The position numbers and the translations under genes are program-made. The notes under the pieces were generated by a model. It did no database searches. It was given only the letters and a program-made list of their open reading frames with translations, and was not told the origin of the DNA. From positions 1 to 25,321 of the forward strand of contig JAXHVD010000034.1 of the NCBI GenBank assembly GCA_034189385.1: 25,321 bases of DNA. Reading direction: 5' to 3'. The DNA is from Thermodesulfobacteriota bacterium. GTDB lineage: Bacteria; Desulfobacterota; Desulfobacteria; Desulfobacterales; C00003060. How positions within the stretch are numbered: the stretch's first letter is position 1; every line of letters begins with the position of its first letter. This document shows, piece after piece, positions 9,391-18,026 of the stretch.

Positions 9391-9627
9391 ATGAAAAGGC
9401 GTTTTCTTGCACTAATGGTGGCATTGGTAATCGTGGCCGTTGCAGCCACATTTGCTCTTTCCAAGGGAAAGACCTATTCAGGCAAGGTAACCCAGGTCAT
9501 ACGTGACAAGGTGACCGTCGAACTGGATAAAGGCCAAGGCTCAGAGTTTTCCGTTGGCGATTCCGTCTCGGTGGAAATAAAGGAAAAGAAGGCTCAGAAT
9601 GAGGAAGAATTCCTCATGGGCTGTTAA
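9391..9627 (+). CDS. extJ: ExtJ-like small exported protein
   Basis: AAAGGAGG RBS, signal peptide, GKVTQVIRDKVTVEL small beta domain, C-terminal LMGC; position upstream of the extM-like gene. Confidence 0.75.
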   Translation: MKRRFLALMVALVIVAVAATFALSKGKTYSGKVTQVIRDKVTVELDKGQGSEFSVGDSVSVEIKEKKAQNEEEFLMGC

Positions 9628-9770
9628 GTGGTGTTCGGCCAACAATTCCATGCCGGAAACTTCCAACAGGGCAGCTCCCACTAGAAAGATGGCCCAGCAA
9701 AAAGGTTCGCACGAAGAAGAAATGAAGGTAGCTTGGAATTAGCTACTGAAGTCGTTGTTGCGTAAGAAAG

Positions 9771-9827
9771 AGCGGCTGATGAAAGGACGAAGATTCTCTT
9801 TGTTCGAGTTTCATCAGCCGTTTTTTT
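9771..9827 (+). terminator. Long hairpin plus U-tract (intrinsic terminator or attenuator) between extJ and extM
   Basis: CGGCTGATGAAA (9773-9784) pairs with TTTCATCAGCCG (9809-9820), inner stem GGACGAAGA/TCTTTGTTC, followed by T7. Confidence 0.7.
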
Positions 9828-9869
9828 GTTGACATAAAGGAGGTTCCTTTGTGGTAGTATTCAAGGGCG

Positions 9870-11714
9870 ATGATCCGCTTGCGTGGCATAGCTGTTGTTC
9901 TTTGTCTTGTCGCCTTCTTCTCTGGTGCTTGTAGCGATATAGGCAATGTTGGTTCAACCTGTGTGTCCTGTCACAAAGGACTTGAGCAGGCTTCAGCTGC
10001 TCACACCTCCTGTGTTGCCTGTCATGGAGGCAATCCCAAGGAAGAAAATAAGGAGGCCTCCCACCGTTCCATGTTTGGCCCCAAGAATCCTGCAGATCCG
10101 CGGTTCTGGGATCAGACTTGCGGCAGTTGTCATCCCTATCAACTTGCACGGATGAAAGGGAATCTGATGTACACGAACAGCGGTATGATAAGAAACATCC
10201 AGGCCACTTGGGAAGGAGCCGACGGTGAATCATACGGAACCCATCCAGAGGCCCTGTTTGACGCCGCAGGCAACCCTCTCACGATAAATAGTGTGGCCGA
10301 GCTGGATAACATGGCGGGGGAGTTGTATCGGAAATTCTGCTCTCTGTGCCATGTGGGGATTGAATCGAATCGATCCTACAGCGCGAATCACGGCTCTGGC
10401 TGCGCGGCCTGCCATTTTCCGTACAACAACAGGGCGACCTATGAAGGAAATGATTCTACAGTGAAAGGAAAACAGCCCTATTCGGCTGACCATGGGCTTG
10501 TCGCCTTGCCTGATAACCAGGTCTGTTTTCGTTGCCACAACCGGAGTGGCAGGATTGCCCTTTCCTACCAAGGGCTGAACGACGGCAACAACGCCATGGT
10601 GCCGACCAGTGACGGTATGCCTGGTCCTATGTTGATCAGCGGATGGAGAAACGTGATTCATATCAGCGCCGACATTCACTATGCCAAGGGGATGGATTGC
10701 ATTGATTGCCACACCTCTCGAGAGGTCATGGGCGACGGGTACGCTTATGAGAATATGTACCGCCAGACGGAGATAAGCTGTGAAGATTGCCACGGCAGCG
10801 CCACAGAGCGGCCAGAGGCTGAGCCGATTACGGGGGAGAACGAGGAAGCCGTGAGAGAGTCAAAAAGCTACCAAAGGCAGATGCGGCCGGGCATGAAAAT
10901 GGTACTTACTGCAAAGGGGCGCAAGTACGCAAACGTGTTTTACGAGGACAAAAAGGTGGTCGTCTTGGGCAAGCGAAGCGGCCAGATCCACGAAAGCAAG
11001 GTCATCACAGGCACGGCGGAACACTCCATTAGGGGACACGAACGGATGGAGTGTTACGGTTGCCATTCCCGCACCGTAGTGCAGTGCTTTGGGTGTCACA
11101 CCAGGTACGATCAGTCGCGATACGGGCGGGATTTTATCAAGGGGGTGAAGACTCCCGGGGCCTTCACCGAAACCGAGGACTACCGCAGGCTTTACCCATT
11201 TTCTCTGGCCGTAAACCAGCGAGGGAAGATCTCGCCGGTGACCCCAGGCTGCCAGACCTTTGTGACAGTGGTGGACCAGAAGGGCCGGACCGTCAAGAGT
11301 GAGTATATCTCCGAATACAAAGGAAAGAAGCAGTTACGATTTGCGCCTTTTTATTCACACAATACGGGAAGCAAGGCTGTAGATTGTGCAGAATGCCATG
11401 GCAATCCCGCCTTCCTAGGCTTTGGGGAACATGTTTTGGAAGGCAACACTATCAGAGCGACCCTTATCTGTGAGTCTTCTCAAGACAGGCCCCTTGACGG
11501 GTTTCTGACTATGAAGAATGGCAACGTGAAGCCCTTTTCTGCCATTACACGGAAAAACGCGCGACCGCTTAACGGTGAAGAGGTGAAGAATGTGCTGGCC
11601 GTGAACCTCTGCATCGTCTGCCACGATAATGGCAAGGACAGAATATATCAAAAGGAGCTTGACTACCTTGTTCTGGAAGATTGTCTCAATCGCCTTCCTC
11701 CTGCTGGCCGTTAG
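9870..11714 (+). CDS. extM: Dodecaheme c-type cytochrome lipoprotein ExtM-like
   Basis: 614 aa; signal peptide with lipobox-like FSGAC; 12 CxxCH motifs counted; context of the ext/Cbc6 cluster. Confidence 0.85.
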   Translation: MIRLRGIAVVLCLVAFFSGACSDIGNVGSTCVSCHKGLEQASAAHTSCVACHGGNPKEENKEASHRSMFGPKNPADPRFWDQTCGSCHPYQLARMKGNLMYTNSGMIRNIQATWEGADGESYGTHPEALFDAAGNPLTINSVAELDNMAGELYRKFCSLCHVGIESNRSYSANHGSGCAACHFPYNNRATYEGNDSTVKGKQPYSADHGLVALPDNQVCFRCHNRSGRIALSYQGLNDGNNAMVPTSDGMPGPMLISGWRNVIHISADIHYAKGMDCIDCHTSREVMGDGYAYENMYRQTEISCEDCHGSATERPEAEPITGENEEAVRESKSYQRQMRPGMKMVLTAKGRKYANVFYEDKKVVVLGKRSGQIHESKVITGTAEHSIRGHERMECYGCHSRTVVQCFGCHTRYDQSRYGRDFIKGVKTPGAFTETEDYRRLYPFSLAVNQRGKISPVTPGCQTFVTVVDQKGRTVKSEYISEYKGKKQLRFAPFYSHNTGSKAVDCAECHGNPAFLGFGEHVLEGNTIRATLICESSQDRPLDGFLTMKNGNVKPFSAITRKNARPLNGEEVKNVLAVNLCIVCHDNGKDRIYQKELDYLVLEDCLNRLPPAGR

Positions 11715-12900
11715 TTCGGCAGGTGCCCAACGCCCTCCACTCAAAGGGGTGCATGCCACGGTGCCGTGCTCTGCGTGTCACGGCGACGACACAAAAACGC
11801 TTCCGCGCCCAACGTCTTGTGATCATCGAGCCCGGGGCTGTGTCGGTTGCCATCAAGGCTACGATGCCGTCTTTGATCAGGCGATGACCACCAGGGTGAG
11901 GGAAAGGCGGTTTGTGGAAAAAACCTATGGGAAGGGAGATCCGGGTTTCTACCAAAAGAACTGTGTATCTTGCCATGTCCGCGATTGTCTGGACTGTCAC
12001 GGGGGAAACGGTCACAACATCACACGACCGGAAAACGACACGTGTCTTAGCTGCCACAGAGGCTATTTTGTTGGAGCGGATTATTATGGCATGGCCCCGC
12101 GGGAAGATCATTCCCGGTATCAGCGCGGGGTGTTGTTCAAGGGAGAAACCTCCCTAAAGATGCTTCCTGACGTCCATGCTGAGGCAGGCATGAAATGCAG
12201 CGATTGTCATTCGATGAAGAGTCTTGTGACGGGTAGCAAATCGTCCCAAAAATGTGTTGACTGCCACAAACCGGATGATAGTGTCATTGAACATGGTATT
12301 ATGGCGCACTTGACAAACCTGGAATGTTATGCCTGTCACTCAGCGTGGGCGTCCCAGGAGTATGGATCTTTTTACGTGCGTTTGGCGAATAGCCCGGCCA
12401 GAAGATACTTCAGGGTTAGCCGAAATAGCACCGGCGAATACATTAAGCGTGCCTATCTTAAGAGGCAGAATGCACCGCCGTTGGGGACGAACAGTGCTGG
12501 AAAAGTCAGTCCCATCCGACCGCAGTTTATTAGCTATCTTTCCGATATTAGAGACAGAAAGCCCGCGGGTGTGGAGGAGGAGAACCGGCTCCTGGCGGCT
12601 CAGTGGAAGGCCTTCTTTCCTCATACGATACGACGGGGAACGGTCACGTGTGACGGGTGCCATGACAATGCCTCACGATTTGTCTTAGAAAAGAAGGAAG
12701 ACAGGGTTTATCAACTGCAGCTCGATGGGATGAGCCTGAGCTCCTTTTGGGACCAATCTGGACAGGAAGTCGTCAATGGGTCTTTTATGGAGATTTCGCG
12801 ATTTGCCAGGATGTCTTCGAAGAACCCAGTGTATGTGAGAGCCTATGTAAAAAAATGGAAAAGGTTGGTAAATCGCGTCGAAGATTCATTGAAGCAGTAG
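11629..12900 (+). CDS. Nonaheme c-type cytochrome (ExtN position of the ext/Cbc6 cluster)
   Basis: 423 aa; signal peptide; 9 CxxCH motifs counted. Overlaps the 3' end of extM, so the start is uncertain. ExtN/ExtO naming varies between sources. Confidence 0.85.
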   Translation: MARTEYIKRSLTTLFWKIVSIAFLLLAVSSAGAQRPPLKGVHATVPCSACHGDDTKTLPRPTSCDHRARGCVGCHQGYDAVFDQAMTTRVRERRFVEKTYGKGDPGFYQKNCVSCHVRDCLDCHGGNGHNITRPENDTCLSCHRGYFVGADYYGMAPREDHSRYQRGVLFKGETSLKMLPDVHAEAGMKCSDCHSMKSLVTGSKSSQKCVDCHKPDDSVIEHGIMAHLTNLECYACHSAWASQEYGSFYVRLANSPARRYFRVSRNSTGEYIKRAYLKRQNAPPLGTNSAGKVSPIRPQFISYLSDIRDRKPAGVEEENRLLAAQWKAFFPHTIRRGTVTCDGCHDNASRFVLEKKEDRVYQLQLDGMSLSSFWDQSGQEVVNGSFMEISRFARMSSKNPVYVRAYVKKWKRLVNRVEDSLKQ

Positions 12901-13247
12901 CTTTTCTCATCGCTTCTGTTTCACTGCTTTGGAAATTTTTTGTTCCTAGGATTTCTGAAAAAAAACCGCTGCTACGCGTGGCAAAAGCAGACATTCCCGC
13001 CGCCGGCGCCCTTGTTTTCCGCAAATCGAGAGTGGCTATCGTAAAGAAGGGGGACGAGATTTATGCCCTTAGCCTTGTGTGCACCCATCTTGGATGTACT
13101 GTCAACGTAACGACAAGGGAGCTCATTTGTCCTTGCCACGGCAGCATTTTTGGCCGCCGGGGCGAGGTTTCAAGGGGCCCCGCAGATCGTCCGTTGGAGA
13201 GGCTTCAAGTGGAGGAACAGGGCGAATTCATTGTCGTCTTAAGTTGA
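12855..13247 (+). CDS. Rieske [2Fe-2S] protein of the cytochrome bc-like module
   Basis: ATG 12855 gives MEKVGKSRRRFIE (Tat-like motif plus TM helix); CTHLGC and CPCHGS Rieske boxes. Confidence 0.93.
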   Translation: MEKVGKSRRRFIEAVAFLIASVSLLWKFFVPRISEKKPLLRVAKADIPAAGALVFRKSRVAIVKKGDEIYALSLVCTHLGCTVNVTTRELICPCHGSIFGRRGEVSRGPADRPLERLQVEEQGEFIVVLS

Positions 13248-13254
13248 GGCAGTC

Positions 13255-13875
13255 TTGTTTAAAGAGTTCTTAGAGCACGTTTTCCCCAGACTGATACTCG
13301 AAAAGAACCTGAGGATAAGGTACACCTTTTGTCTCGGCGGCCTTGCTTTTACAGCGTTTATGCTGCTCGTTGCCTCTGGGGTGCTTTTGCTTTTTTATTA
13401 TCAGCCCTGTCCTGAAAAGGCCTTCGAGTCAATCCTGTTTCTAGAGTCGTCTGTCCCGGGAGGGCGTTTTGTGAGGAGTCTCCATCGACTGAGTTCCCAC
13501 GTGTTGCTTGTCTTTATATTCCTGCATACGTTGCGGGTGATTCTGACGGGGGCCTATAGAAAACCGCGGGAGCTCAACTGGGTCATCGGATTTCTTATCC
13601 TCTGTGCATGTGTGTTTGGAGCCTATACGGGCTATCTGCTCCCCATGGATCAACTTGCCTTCTGGGGGACCCATACGGGCATAGAGCTCATCAATACAGC
13701 CCCTTTCGGGGAAATGATTGGGCGTTTTTTAGTCCCTGACGAAGTTGGACGGCCCGTGTCCTTGCTGCGTTTTTACACATTACACATCGCGGTTATTCCC
13801 TTAACCATTGCCATCCTTTGTTTTTTGCATTTCTACCGAATTCGCCAAGACAAGGGGGTCTTACCCTATCTATGA
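13255..13875 (+). CDS. extP: Cytochrome b (b6-like N-terminal part), ExtP-like
   Basis: TTG start; CLGG, RSLHRLSSH...FLHTLRV, YRKPRELNWVIG, GYLLPMDQ and RFYTLH...FLHF motifs with four heme-ligand His. Confidence 0.92.
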   Translation: MFKEFLEHVFPRLILEKNLRIRYTFCLGGLAFTAFMLLVASGVLLLFYYQPCPEKAFESILFLESSVPGGRFVRSLHRLSSHVLLVFIFLHTLRVILTGAYRKPRELNWVIGFLILCACVFGAYTGYLLPMDQLAFWGTHTGIELINTAPFGEMIGRFLVPDEVGRPVSLLRFYTLHIAVIPLTIAILCFLHFYRIRQDKGVLPYL

Positions 13876-14285
13876 AAGGTTACGTTCGAAGCTCCCCATT
13901 TTTTTTCCGTCGCATCGTGATTTCCATAGGCTTGTTGATTGCTGCTCTGGTCATACTAGCGGTGTTGATCCCAGCTCCCCTGCAAGGGCCAGCCGATATG
14001 GCCAACGTGCCCAATCCCATTAAGTCTGCATGGTTTCTGCTGTGGACCCAAGAGCTGGTAAGCTATTCTAAGCACCTTGTCTACCCGATTGTTTTTCTTG
14101 GATTCTACTTCTTGTTACTGCCTTACCTGCCTGGTAGCGCGGAATGCAAACAAGCCAGGTGGCTGCAGAAAGATCAATGGCTGATCAGTGTCCTGACACT
14201 GATGATCTTTGCTGCAATCGTTGTATTGACGGTGGTTGCCGTGTTTATGAGGGGTGAAAATTGGGTCTTCGTTTTCAACTCATGA
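13872..14285 (+). CDS. extQ: Cytochrome b subunit IV-like membrane protein, ExtQ-like
   Basis: ATGA overlap with the extP stop; PAPLQGPAD...PNPIKSAWFLLW (PEWY-equivalent); three TM helices. Confidence 0.85.
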   Translation: MKGYVRSSPFFFRRIVISIGLLIAALVILAVLIPAPLQGPADMANVPNPIKSAWFLLWTQELVSYSKHLVYPIVFLGFYFLLLPYLPGSAECKQARWLQKDQWLISVLTLMIFAAIVVLTVVAVFMRGENWVFVFNS

Positions 14286-15100
14286 CCATTTTGGGTGGTA
14301 TTTGTTTCTTGCAGAGCGTGATTGCACTTGCAGGCTCGTCTGGTTGCGTGAAGTGCCACGAATGCCAGTATGGGGGAAAAGGAACATGTATAGATTGCCA
14401 CAGGGGCAATCCCAGGACCGACAGGATTTCGATAGCCCACCACAACCTTATTTGGGCCAAATACGCGCACTTTGCCGTGGAAGGGAGCCCGGTATTGCAG
14501 CGGGGCCACGAGCTTATTAGGAGCTCTGGTTGTAGGAGATGCCATTTGACGAGCGCAAAGGGGGATCGCCTTGCCACCAATCTTGACAGGGGCTTGGATG
14601 CCACTCAGCCGCAAGCGCTGTTCGATGCCATCAAGAGTCCTGTGATCTTCATGCCCGATTTTTTTTTCAAAGAGGCGCACATCATAGAGCTGGTCAATGC
14701 CATTCTAGCTGGGGCCGCCCGGGCGGAGCCAGAAGGCCGGGAAATGCCGCTGGTGATTCATTTTGAGGACGAAGAACAGGCTGAAGAGAGCATTTTCGGC
14801 AAGCACTGCGGCTCTTGTCACAAGGTGCTGACGACCCGTTTTGGAGGTCTTGGCAAAGGAGATATTGGGCCAAATCTCTCAGGGCTTTTTTCAGAACACT
14901 ATCCAAGAACTGACAGTGAGAGGGAGCCATGGTCGTCCAAGTCGCTAAAAAACTGGCTGGAGAATCCAAGACAAATAAGCAAATATGCTCAAATGCCACC
15001 GGTAATATTACCTTCAGACGGGTTTCGGCGCCTGTTAGAAATCCTCGGCGCACCGTCCTTCAGCATGAATAACAAAGGGCCTGGCCAGAATGAAGGATAG
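14282..15100 (+). CDS. extS: c-type cytochrome, ExtS-like (4 CxxCH)
   Basis: ATGA overlap with the extQ stop; CVKCH, CIDCH, CRRCH, CGSCH; GPNLSG and MP class-I cytochrome motifs. Confidence 0.8.
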   Translation: MTILGGICFLQSVIALAGSSGCVKCHECQYGGKGTCIDCHRGNPRTDRISIAHHNLIWAKYAHFAVEGSPVLQRGHELIRSSGCRRCHLTSAKGDRLATNLDRGLDATQPQALFDAIKSPVIFMPDFFFKEAHIIELVNAILAGAARAEPEGREMPLVIHFEDEEQAEESIFGKHCGSCHKVLTTRFGGLGKGDIGPNLSGLFSEHYPRTDSEREPWSSKSLKNWLENPRQISKYAQMPPVILPSDGFRRLLEILGAPSFSMNNKGPGQNEG

Positions 15101-15275
15101 AACCTCCAAGTGGGTGGCGTTGTTAGGCCAAGGATGATTGTTGCTGAGAGGGCAGACAGAAGACTTCTTCTGACCCGGAGTCGCAGTTGGTTATCATATA
15201 GGGTGGATGACAAATGGCTTGAGGTCTGGCCGCGTCTGCCAGGCCGGAGCTTTATTGCAAAGAAAGGAAAAGGGA

Positions 15276-15716
15276 ATGGCCGTACCATCGTTGGAAGAAT
15301 TGTTGGAGCGTGGGAGGGCGTCTGCTGAGAAGGGGAACCTTTGTAGTCAGATTGTCTTGGATGTGGGTCTTGATTATCTGGGTGAGCTCAAAGCCGATGT
15401 GGTTAAGGCCGCTGGTGGATTGGCTGGCGCGCAAGGTTTCGTAGAGGTTACGTGTGGCGCTTTAACGGCAGCTGGAGTACTCATCGCAAGCGCTGCCATA
15501 GAGCGAATGGAGCGGGACCAGATGTATATGCTCATCCAAGAACTGGAAGAGCGATTTAACGAGGATATCGCGGCCCCTTATCCTGGCAATCGATGTGGTG
15601 ATTTCCTTGATGCAGACCCTAATAAGCTCCCCACAGAGGTGTGTCCGCCGATTATTGCTGGTGCCACAAAAATCGCACTGGAGCTGTTAGAAGAAAACGG
15701 CATTGGCCGCCATTAA
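15276..15716 (+). CDS. C-GCAxxG-C-C family putative redox protein
   Basis: ATG 15276 after AAAGGAAAAGGG; GNLCSQ...GLAG...TCGALTAA...NRCGD...EVC pattern. Confidence 0.85.
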   Translation: MAVPSLEELLERGRASAEKGNLCSQIVLDVGLDYLGELKADVVKAAGGLAGAQGFVEVTCGALTAAGVLIASAAIERMERDQMYMLIQELEERFNEDIAAPYPGNRCGDFLDADPNKLPTEVCPPIIAGATKIALELLEENGIGRH

Positions 15717-15764
15717 GGCGTTCAACAAAATTGTCAGGCTATTGAAAACTTCTCGTTCAGCTCG

Positions 15765-15800
15765 AAAAAAAAGTCCCGCCTGACAACAGACGGGACTTTT
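15765..15800. terminator. Intrinsic terminator between convergent units, probably bidirectional
   Basis: Minus strand AAAAGTCCCGTCTG-TTGT-CAGGCGGGACTTTT running into a T8 tract; plus strand ends in TTTT. Confidence 0.85.
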
Positions 15801-15817
15801 AGTGACGTTGTTGTTTT

Positions 15818-17122
15818 CTATGAGGCAGGCATGTTGACCTCTTTCAAGTCATCCCCGAGATACTCACGCTCATTTGCTCCCAGAATCCCGAGGGACAAAC
15901 AGATCAGCGTCCACAAATGGACCGTTTGGTACTTCCCCTCGAAGTGGTGGGCAATATCGTGAATCTGTGCATGACAGTTGTGGCACGCAGCAACGCAGTA
16001 ATCAGCACCTGTAGCCACAATCTGGTCAAACTTAATCTTACCATAGGCCCGACGTTCATCGGCATACCCTGACTGGAGGAATCCTCCGCCTCCGCCACAG
16101 CAAAAATTGTTCGACTTGTTCGGCCACATTTCAATAAAATTCTCTTCTCCCACAACAGACTTGACCACAAAACGCAAGTCCTCTGCTACAGGATCACCGT
16201 AGCTCTTGCGAATGATCTGACAGGGGTCCTGCACGGTGAACTTGATTTTTCGATCCTTGTTCCAGTCGGAGTTGACCTTGAGCTTTCCTTCCCGGATCCA
16301 TTTGGCATAATACTGATAGATACTTGCTACTTCAAAATCGTAAGGGATCTTAAATTTTCTCAGTCCTTCCAGGACTGAAAAGGTAACGTGCCCTCATTCG
16401 GTATTGAGGTAGACCTTGCATCCCAGTTCTGAACACTGCATGATGCTGGTCCGTGTGACATGCTCCCAGGACTTGTCGTCGGCAAGGAACATGCAGTAGT
16501 TCTCTCCAGCCCACCCCTTGCTGCCGTATGTCCAGTCGGCACCAACAACGTTCAGGATTCTCCACAAGGGGATGAGTTCATCCGGTTCGGTGACCGGTTC
16601 CCGGGAATTTTGATTTAAGAAGAAATGGGCCCCCTTCTTATCTATCGGGGCCTGGAGCTCCTCCCAGCCCGGCTGACCTTCCCTTACCTCTTCGAGCACG
16701 TCTTCTACCACAAATGTGAAGTCCTCGGGAGATGCCCCCATGGCGCTACCGCTGTCATTTCTCAATGCCATATCGCATGAACCAAGGATCCCCTTTGGCC
16801 GCTCTTCACGGGGCCACGTGGCCCGGGCATTGTATACCAGCCTAGGGATATCGATCTGCATCGGGCAGGCATAGATACAACGCTGGCACCCAGTGCACAT
16901 CCATACCCAGGGTGATTTGACGGCCTCTTCATGCAGCCCGAGCAGGATCATCCTTAGAAACTTTCTGGGGTCCATGTCTGCAAGACCCGTGGCAGGACAG
17001 CCTGCAGAGCAGGTCCCGCAGTTGAGGCACAGATCCAAATTGCCCCCGCCGGGGATGACTTCCATGACCTCCTTTTTGAAACTTCTTGTTACTTTATCCA
17101 GATCTATTGCTTCTTCAGCCAT
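15818..17122 (-). CDS. HdrD/DsrK-like (Fe-S)-binding CCG-domain protein, selenoprotein (434 aa, Sec243, TGA 16396-16394)
   Basis: N-terminal 2x[4Fe-4S] motifs (CLNCGTCSAGCP, CTGCQRCIYACP). YLNTE-TGA-GHVTFSV replaces the family ECGH motif, and the frame stays open for 53 codons into VQDPCQ...NFCCGGGGG...ACHNCH. Confidence 0.92.
16357..16381 (-). promoter_or_regulatory. SECIS-like hairpin of the hdrD-like gene
   Basis: Minus strand TTTTCAGTCC-TGGAA-GGACTGAGAA starting 12 nt after the TGA; loop GG at +24/+25. Confidence 0.85.
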
Positions 17123-17137
17123 AAGATCTACCTCCCT

Positions 17138-18025
17138 TTACACATTCTGAGCCAGGACAACCCCTGGCTTGTCGGTCTCGACCATCTCTCCAGGTTTGTC
17201 GAGGAAGCTGGCGTAACTGACGTCTACACCAAGCTTCTTTGCTGCATCTTCAACACTGGGCGGAACCTGGGGTTGGGTGAGGAGCACCACAAGGTCAAAG
17301 GTCTCGGTCTTTTCACCACCGTCATCGTACTTGACCTCAATGTTCTTGTCCTCTCCTGTCTCAGCTACCTCGATCACCGTGCCGTTTATAAAATTCACAC
17401 CAGAAACCTTGTCCAGATCCCCTCCAGCACTTCCCTTAAAGGCATCCATGTCCGGAGAAATAAAACTGATCTGGGCCCCGTCTATCTTTTTCTGGGCCAG
17501 TATGGCCTCGTTGACCCCAAAGATCAACGTGGCATCCCGGACCTTATCATCACCAGCGCCAAAGCTCTGCACAAAGCAGATCTTCTTTGGGATTTCACCG
17601 TCCTGGGGCCGCATAATGAGACCGTTGCTAGGACCCGTGTCATCCGCCAGCATCCTCTCCACCTGAAGATCAGTGACGACATTCATATGCTTGTTTCCAA
17701 CATTGCCCGAAATAGGCGCCACCCTTCGCTGCATTCCTGAGGTCAGGATGACTTTGTCAAAGGCAAGGTCAAAATCCTCATCGGGCATGTCAAAATTAAT
17801 CGCTTCGGGCTTACACTCGGCCCAGCACAGGGCACAACCCAGACACCGCCTGCAGCTTAAACAGCGCTTGGCCTCAGCCACAGCCACATCTTCTGGGAAG
17901 CCGGTTTCCACCTCTTTAAAATTGCCCTGTCTTTCCTCTACAGAGATTTCAGGCATCTCCGCGCGCTTAGACGGAATATCCTGAAAGTCGATAACGTATC
18001 TTCCTTTTTTCTCGTAGATATACAT
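17138..18025 (-). CDS. C-terminal part of a split HdrL-like protein (ferredoxin motif plus degenerate HdrA domain)
   Basis: MPEISVEERQGNFKEVETGF...EAKRCLSCRRCLGCALCWAEC (GltD C-terminus/ferredoxin), then HdrA-like NVVTDLQVERML...GPSNGLIMRPQDGEIPKKICF and FDLVVL. The CVGSR/CSxVCC cluster ligands are missing. Confidence 0.8.
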   Translation of the reverse strand: MYIYEKKGRYVIDFQDIPSKRAEMPEISVEERQGNFKEVETGFPEDVAVAEAKRCLSCRRCLGCALCWAECKPEAINFDMPDEDFDLAFDKVILTSGMQRRVAPISGNVGNKHMNVVTDLQVERMLADDTGPSNGLIMRPQDGEIPKKICFVQSFGAGDDKVRDATLIFGVNEAILAQKKIDGAQISFISPDMDAFKGSAGGDLDKVSGVNFINGTVIEVAETGEDKNIEVKYDDGGEKTETFDLVVLLTQPQVPPSVEDAAKKLGVDVSYASFLDKPGEMVETDKPGVVLAQNV

Positions 18026-18026
18026 T

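Noticed and set aside
9665..9705. ACAGGGCA...GAAA...GCAAA resembling a c-di-GMP-I riboswitch
   Set aside because: The GGCAAAC and GACGCAAAGC cores and the second stem are not present; similarity is superficial.
9775..9810. CTGATGA resembling a hammerhead ribozyme core or the fluoride riboswitch 3' motif
   Set aside because: No GAAA follows a stem II, no matching 5' GATGG element is at the right distance, and the motif is fully paired within the terminator-like stem.
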